This document shows positions 57,021-64,000 of a DNA stretch of 64,000 bases, piece after piece. This DNA comes from the human T2T-CHM13v2.0 reference genome, Homo sapiens. Made by a program: the position numbers and the translations under genes. Below the pieces are notes generated by a model. The model was not told the DNA's origin, did no database searches, and was given only the letters and a program-made list of their open reading frames with translations. Each line of letters opens with the position of its first letter. Position 1 is the stretch's first letter. The stretch lies in NCBI RefSeq assembly GCF_009914755.1, contig NC_060931.1. The stretch is one strand, 5' to 3'.

Positions 57021-57849
57021 AGGACCTCTAAAAATTACACTTTCTCATACAGAATGTAGTCCATTTACTGAAAATTTCAGAAAACAAAAACAACTTGAAA
57101 TGGCTGAGTATCTCTGAAAAATCAACTTATCCATAAAATAATGAGAACCTTAGAAAAATTGTCAAAGTCATCTTTATCAGAACTCTAGAAATTAACCAAA
57201 GGCTTGCAACAGTCAGAAGTGTATTTATTCAAGTAAAAGTTTCAAATGTTGATAAGAACATGGAGCTTTGTAGCATTTCAACTCGCCCTATTCCCTAGTT
57301 CCACAGTAGCCTTAAAAAACAGCCTAGGGAACATAATATCCATGAATATGACCAGCCTTTCAGCCGCTGAGCAAGGCAGAAAAGGCTTAGAGTTCTCAAA
57401 AGCCCCCTCCCCAGAAAATTGTAATGTATCTGACCTTTCTGGCAGTTCCCTAGAAATTCCTCATTGGAGGCCTTGTATTTATTTGACATGATTTGGAATT
57501 CACTCACTCAAGTAGCTTTTCACCTGGGTGTTTACAGAAAAAAAATCTGCAGCAATTGTTTTACATTGCAGGTATCTGAAGCAGCAATAACAGTTAAGGC
57601 TAGTAAAAAGCTGGCCAAAAATTTTAAATGGAAAATGAGATGTCCAGAGAAGTCTTTGAAAAGCTGATATTTTCCTGAGAATCTAGAGGATCACACTCAT
57701 GTGCAGAGCTGTATGCATGTCCAATAAATACCTGAGAAAGCCTAATATCTCACCACTGGCTGACCTTGAGGATCTGTGCAGGAAAGTAGTAAAGGTTAAG
57801 GCATAGTTATAAACTGCTGGCTGGAGTATTGAAAGGGTGCCTATTCTGA

Positions 57850-58560
57850 CTTCAGTTCCTGTATCGTGATTCAATTCTGACATCAACTACCCAGAGTTAA
57901 CATCAAACTCTGCAGCTTTAAGAGTAGAGTCCCCAACAAGGCTGACCCCACTTCAGACACCAACAGCAAATGGTCTTCACAGAACACCTACACTTCTGGC
58001 CAACTGACTACAAGTCCAGAGAGCCCCCTTGACCCTCTCTACACTTTGACAAATTACTGGAAAAACACACAGAAATAGAGAAAGTATATATATGTATGAT
58101 CATAGTTTTATTATAAAGAATGCAAATCAGGAACTGCCAAATGAAAAGACATACGGGTTGAAATCTGGGAGAGTTCCAAATAGAGAGCTTCCATGACCTC
58201 TCCTCATAAAATCAGGATGCATCCCCCTTGCAGCACCCATTGGGAAGCCCCACCATGCTCTTATGTCCAGATATTTTATTGGGCATGACTGTGGTCAATC
58301 AGTTTAGACTCAACATCCAGCCCTCCATTCACTCACAGAAAATCAGGTTTGCTCAAATTCCCAACCTTCTAATCATGTGTGTGGTCTTTCTGTTTACCAG
58401 CCCCCGTCCTGAATTGTCTTGTTAGCATAGTCAGCATATTCAGGTGTGATCCAAGGGATTTATGAATAACGAAGACATTCCTTTCATTTATGAGCCGGGA
58501 ACAACATTCTTATCATTTATGAGCCTGGAACAAATATCAGAATTCTTTTTTATTATACAT
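57850..58560 (-). mobile_element. MER21-type ERVL LTR nested in L1
   Basis: TTCAATTCTGACATCAACTACCCAGAG...CCCCACTTCAGACACCAA...CAACCTTCTAATCATG. Confidence 0.75.
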
Positions 58561-60912
58561 CAAGGTTCATTACACACATTGTGTCCCTCTGTACAGGTAA
58601 GAGATTAATTTGTTCAAGACATTTAAGAAATCTCTGTCCAATCATTAGCTGACCACCAAGCTAATCATGAGGACAGTTCATTAGGCACAAAATAAATAAT
58701 AAATAATAAATACTTTAGAGCAGTTATTATTGTTAATGCTGTTTGTTTGTTTAGGTACTTTTAAACAAACAGCATTAACATTAATTACCAAAACAATACT
58801 AAGTCCTGGATTGGGGGAAATCTGAGTTCCAGATATACTTTATAATATTTAAAATATTAAGTTTTCAACATTTAAACAATAACAAAATAAAATGAAATAA
58901 GAAAGCTTCACCACCCCCCCACACACACCAAACTATCAATAGCAATTTTGGTTGGTGTGTGTGTGGTGGGGGACATATATTGGACAAAATTTTAAATCAG
59001 GAATTTAAAATATGTTCAGATAACTAAAAGAAATCATGGTAAAGAACTAAGGAAAATTAAGAGAATAATATATTGCTAAAAAAAGAATGAATTTAGAAAT
59101 GTAGAAGTAATGTTGAAGAGCCAAATATAAACGTTAGAGTTGAAAACAAACAAAATAATAGAAATAAAATATTCACTAGAAGGCCTCAAGGGCATGTTTG
59201 AGCTAGCAGAATTGGTTAGGTTAGGATTAGGTCAATTGGAATCATCCAGTCTGAGGAAAGTAAAGAAAAGGAATGAGGAAAAAATAACAGAGCATTAGGG
59301 ACCTGAGGGACAGCATGAAGGCTACCAACATGTGCACAGTTGGTACTTCCAGGAGAAAATAGAGAGAAAAGAGCTGAAACACTACTTGATAAAATAATGG
59401 CTCAAAACATTCAAGTTTGATTAAAAAAAATAAACATTTGTCAGCACTTAAAAAGTTGAATGAGCTCCATTAGATTAACTTGAAGAGATCGACACCTAGC
59501 CACATCATAATCAAAATTTCAAAAGCCAAAACAAGTAGAGATACTTAAAAATGGGAAGATAGAAGTAATTTATCACATAAAGGGATTCTCAAAGAGAATG
59601 AGTCCATTTTTCATCAGAAACTATGGAGGCAAAAAGGCAGTGGGATGGTATATTCAATGTGCTGGAAGAAAAATAGTGTCAGTCAAGAATTCTATATCCA
59701 GCAAAACTACACTTTGAAAACAGAGAAGAAAGTAAGAATTTATAGACTAATAAAAATTGAATTTGTCACCAGCACATCTTTCATACAAAAAATACTAAAG
59801 TCCTTCAGACTGAAATAAAATAATATTACACAAAACCTTGAATTCACATGAAGAAATAAAGAACACAAGTAAAAGTAAATAATTGTGTAAATATGGAATA
59901 CAGGATAATTTTTTTTTTGTTTGTGACTTCTCTTTTATCTTCTACCCACTTTAAAAAATGACTACATGAAGCAATAATTATACAACTTAGTCAAAGGCTT
60001 ATAATGTATAAATCTGTGATGGTATTACAATAAAAACACAGAGGAGGAAAGCAGAAAAGGAACCATATGGGAGTAAAGTTTTGTAGACTATTGAAATTAA
60101 CTTGGTATAAATTCAAAGTTTATCATTATATGTATAGATGTTAATTTTACTCCTTACTGCCTTACCACTACAAAAGTAACTTTAGATTAAAAAAATACAA
60201 ATAGCTTAAATGTAAAAGGACAACAAGATCATATCATGTGAATAGTCACTAAAAGAGAGCTTGAATGGCTGCATTATCGACAGTTTTCAGACACAAAAAG
60301 GATATTTTATATGAATAAAAGGACAGACTCATCAAGAACCATAATAATTATGGATACATATTTAGCTAACAAAAACAAAACAACAAAATATATGATGGAA
60401 AATTGACATAATTTAAGAGAGAAGCAGACAACAATAATAGTTACAGACTTCAATAGTTTACTTTCAGTAATGGATAGAACAAGGCTGATGGGCAAAAGGG
60501 AAATAGAAGATTTGAAATACACTGTCTACCAACCAGACCTAACACATGTCTATAGAATGTTGCACTGAACAACAGCAGAATGAAAATTATTCTCAAGTAC
60601 GCATGAAGCATTCTCTAGGACAGACCATATATTGGGCTATAAAATAAATATTAATAAATTTAAAATAAAATATATAGAGAATGTTGTTCAAATACAATAA
60701 AATGAAAATACAAATTTAAAAGAAAAAACATGACATGCTAAAATATGGAGTACAGTAAAAAATCAGTGGTTGAAAGGTAATCAATAGCTTTAAAAAATAG
60801 AAACAATTAAAATCAATAACCTTATCGATCATGAAGACACTGGGGAGAAAAAGAATAGGCTAACCATAAATCAAGTATAAAAGGGTTAATAATAAATATT
60901 AAAGAAAAGTAA

Positions 60913-61378
<466 letters not shown>

Positions 61379-61862
61379 TTAAAAAGTGATTAAGAAAAGA
61401 AGAAAGATGAAAAGGAAAAAGAGAAAAAAGTCATTGAGATTAGAAAGGAAGAAGTAAACACAGTTGTATTTCAGATGCCATGATTTTGTATATTAAAAAA
61501 AATACGGAATTCACTAAAAATGTTTAAATTGAATTAGCTCAGCAAGGTTTCAGAATTTAATGTACAAAACTCAGTTGCTTTCCTTTAGCATTAAAAATAT
61601 GAATATTAAATTAAGGCAGTAATTTAAAATACCGTGAAAATATTTAGCAATATATTTGACAAAGGAATTGCCCTACTTTTGCATTGAAACCTATAAAATA
61701 TCATTTAAAAATATTTTAAAATACTTGAATAAATTGAAAGGCATCCCAGGGTCATGAATTGGATGATGATATTGTTTGAATGGCAATACTCCCCAAACTG
61801 ATCTATAGTAACCACAAGTTCAGAAATAAAAATGTCAGTGTAGTCAACAATTTTAAATTTGC

Positions 61863-63899
61863 TTTTGAAAATGTTCAGCAAGCATCTCCAAGATGTGAGC
61901 ACAGTTCAGTTTGTGTGATTGACTTGATGAAATTCCATCAATTTCATCAACCAAATCTTCAAATCTGAAAGCAGTTGAAGAAGAGATAAATTTTTACTTT
62001 GTAGAATTACAGAAAGAGTGGATAAGAAGCTTAATAACCTGGTGGCAACCTCACCAGCAGCAGTAATACATACACGCTGAAGTAGACAAAAAGTATCTTT
62101 CTCTTCCAAAAACTTCACTTGAAAGTAAAAGTCAATTTATTATCATAGTAGCAATTGAACAGCTGGCAGTACTAATAAATTATTATTCCTACTGCAAAAA
62201 GAAACTAAGAAACACAACTAAAACTTTGGTAATACTAGTATAATAATAAGCATTAATTTTGCATAAAATTTCTGTTTTATTCTCATAAGCAGAATTTCAT
62301 TTTTGATTATGCTCTTTGTTGTCAGTCCTGACTTCAAATAAATACTGATTTTCAATATTTTGCCATTTAACATTTGGACAAAATATGTATATTTGATGCC
62401 TCTCTACCCTGGATTGTAAGCTTTTTATGCTTATCCTTCATCTGCTTCCTCCAGAGATATATTGTCTAAGCTGTGAACTCATTCATTTATGTAGAGTGTG
62501 AAATATATCTTCCTGAAAAGGATGATATTAAAATGTGCTAACTTCTCCCTTGATTTATGTTTCCTTCATTGTGAATAGAAATTTGAAGAAAATGATCTCT
62601 TAGAATCCCTATCTTTTTAGGAAAGAATTTCCAAGATCAAGGGATATTGATATCAGTTACACTTAGTGATTTTTGTGCTATTGAGTAAATTCACTCATAT
62701 ATGTATCCATAGGTTGGTAAAGTAAATTAAGAAAATAATAAAAAGACAACCTGTGGTTAGCATATAGGTTCACAATGAATCTATTTTTAACAAGATGTCC
62801 CAAATATATTCACCTTTCGCACAGCTCAAAACTCAATATCATACCCTATTCTGGTTTAGAATTAACCTATTCAAGTGGCATGATGGTGAATATTTACCTT
62901 CACTGCTTTTTTCGTAAACTGCAAACTTTCACATTTACTTGTAGCTATTTAAACATAAACACCTACACAAATACATCATTGAACCTTAAATTTTATGTTA
63001 CTTTCATTTAGTCCATTTCACTTATGACAGTTGCTTTAGGTAAAGTTAATAGCAGTAGCTCACTTCTGAACTCTAATATAATGTTTCTCACCATCTGGCT
63101 GAATAATTTTATTAATTAATACATTGCTCACTGCTTCTAAGATGAAAACTTACAATATATTATCAAAGTCCTTCAGAGAAATATATCTCAGACATGGCTT
63201 TCACATCACACTCATTTCAAGCAATGGCTACAAAATCTATTTTACTTTCCCTATTTTTCATGTGATGAATGATACAAGGATCAAAATTTATTTATGAAAT
63301 TTTGCTGAATTTCTGGGATGATAAACTCAGTCTTTGATATGGTTTGGATGTGTGTCCCTGCCCGAATCTCATGTTGAATTGTAAATCCCTGGTGTTGGAG
63401 TAGGGACCTGGTGGGAGGTGATTGGATCATGGGGTCAGATTTCCCCCTTGCTGTTCTCCTGATAGTGAGTGAGTTCTCACGGGATCTGGTTGTTTAAAAA
63501 TGTGTGGCTCTTCCCCTTTTTCCTCTCCCTCCTGCTCCAGCCACTCCAGCCACTCCAGCCATGTAAGATGTGCCTGCTTCCCTTTGTCATCTGCTATGAT
63601 TGTAAGTTTCCTGATGCCTCCCCAGCCATGCTTCCTGTATAGCCTGTGGAACTGTGAGCCAATTAAACCTTTTTCCTTTATAAATTACCCAGTCTCAGTT
63701 ATCTCTTTATAGCAGCCCGAGAACGAATATTCTTCACCCTCAGGATTTAAAGTAGCAGTAGAGGGAAGCAGTGCATCCAAGATGGACTATCATTCTGAAA
63801 AATTTAATTCTCACCAAAAAGAAAACCCTCAGTGAGAAATTGCAGTTTCTGCTTTCACTGTTTAAGGTTACTCATGATACTCTAGATCTCCTTGATCAT
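61863..63899 (-). pseudogene. Pseudo-exon cluster, RGS-like unit 1
   Basis: Exons 63815-63899, 63154-63227, 62898-62962, 62435-62512 (donor decayed to ATAAGC), 62055-62117 and 61863-61964 (donor GCAAAT). Translation: *SRRSRVS*VTLNSESRNCNFSLRVFFL|PLLEMSVM*KPCLRYISLKDFDNIL|CLCLNSYK..(frameshift)SLRKKQ*R|KIYFTLYINE*VHSLDNISLEEADEG|EVFGRERYFLSTSACMYYCC*|FEDLVDEIDG...LEMLAEHFQK. Confidence 0.82.
63335..63729 (+). mobile_element. MSTA-type MaLR solo LTR, intronic to the pseudogene
   Basis: TGATATGGTTTGG...AATCTCATGTTGAATTGTAA...CAATTAAACCTTTTTCCTTTATAAATTACCCAGTCTCAG. Confidence 0.9.
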
Positions 63900-64000
63900 C
63901 TGTTATAGAAAAACAAAACAAAATGGAAATTGTTCCATATTTAGAAATGTGGGATTCAATCCTATTTATGTCAGTTTCCTTCTATTGTCCTTTCCATCTG

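Overview
Primate (human-like) AT-rich genomic DNA, roughly half interspersed repeats (Alu J/S/Y, L1PA3/L1PB/L1M, L2, MIR, MaLR/ERVL LTRs, hAT and Tigger DNA transposons), with no intact protein-coding gene. The main result comes from the non-repetitive islands. On the minus strand they contain more than 35 small exon-like segments with GT-AG splice signals, running from beyond the right edge (63.9 kb) to about 5.6 kb. Over several long runs their reading-frame phases join consistently. The spliced, stop-riddled translation repeatedly shows the helical motif series of the RGS (regulator of G-protein signalling) domain: W..S+..LL....L..F..FL / NL.FW...E.YK / KA..IY..FI / NID..R..I / F..AQ..V...M / P.FL. 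I read this as a long-dead multi-exon gene with about 7 well-supported and possibly 10-11 tandem RGS-like units, most like the RGS22/RGSL1 type. Two exons are interrupted by L1 insertions of different ages, which can date the loss. The RGS assignment rests on motif spacing and on sequences recalled from memory, and repeat subfamily names are by eye. Both need HMM/BLAST/RepeatMasker confirmation.
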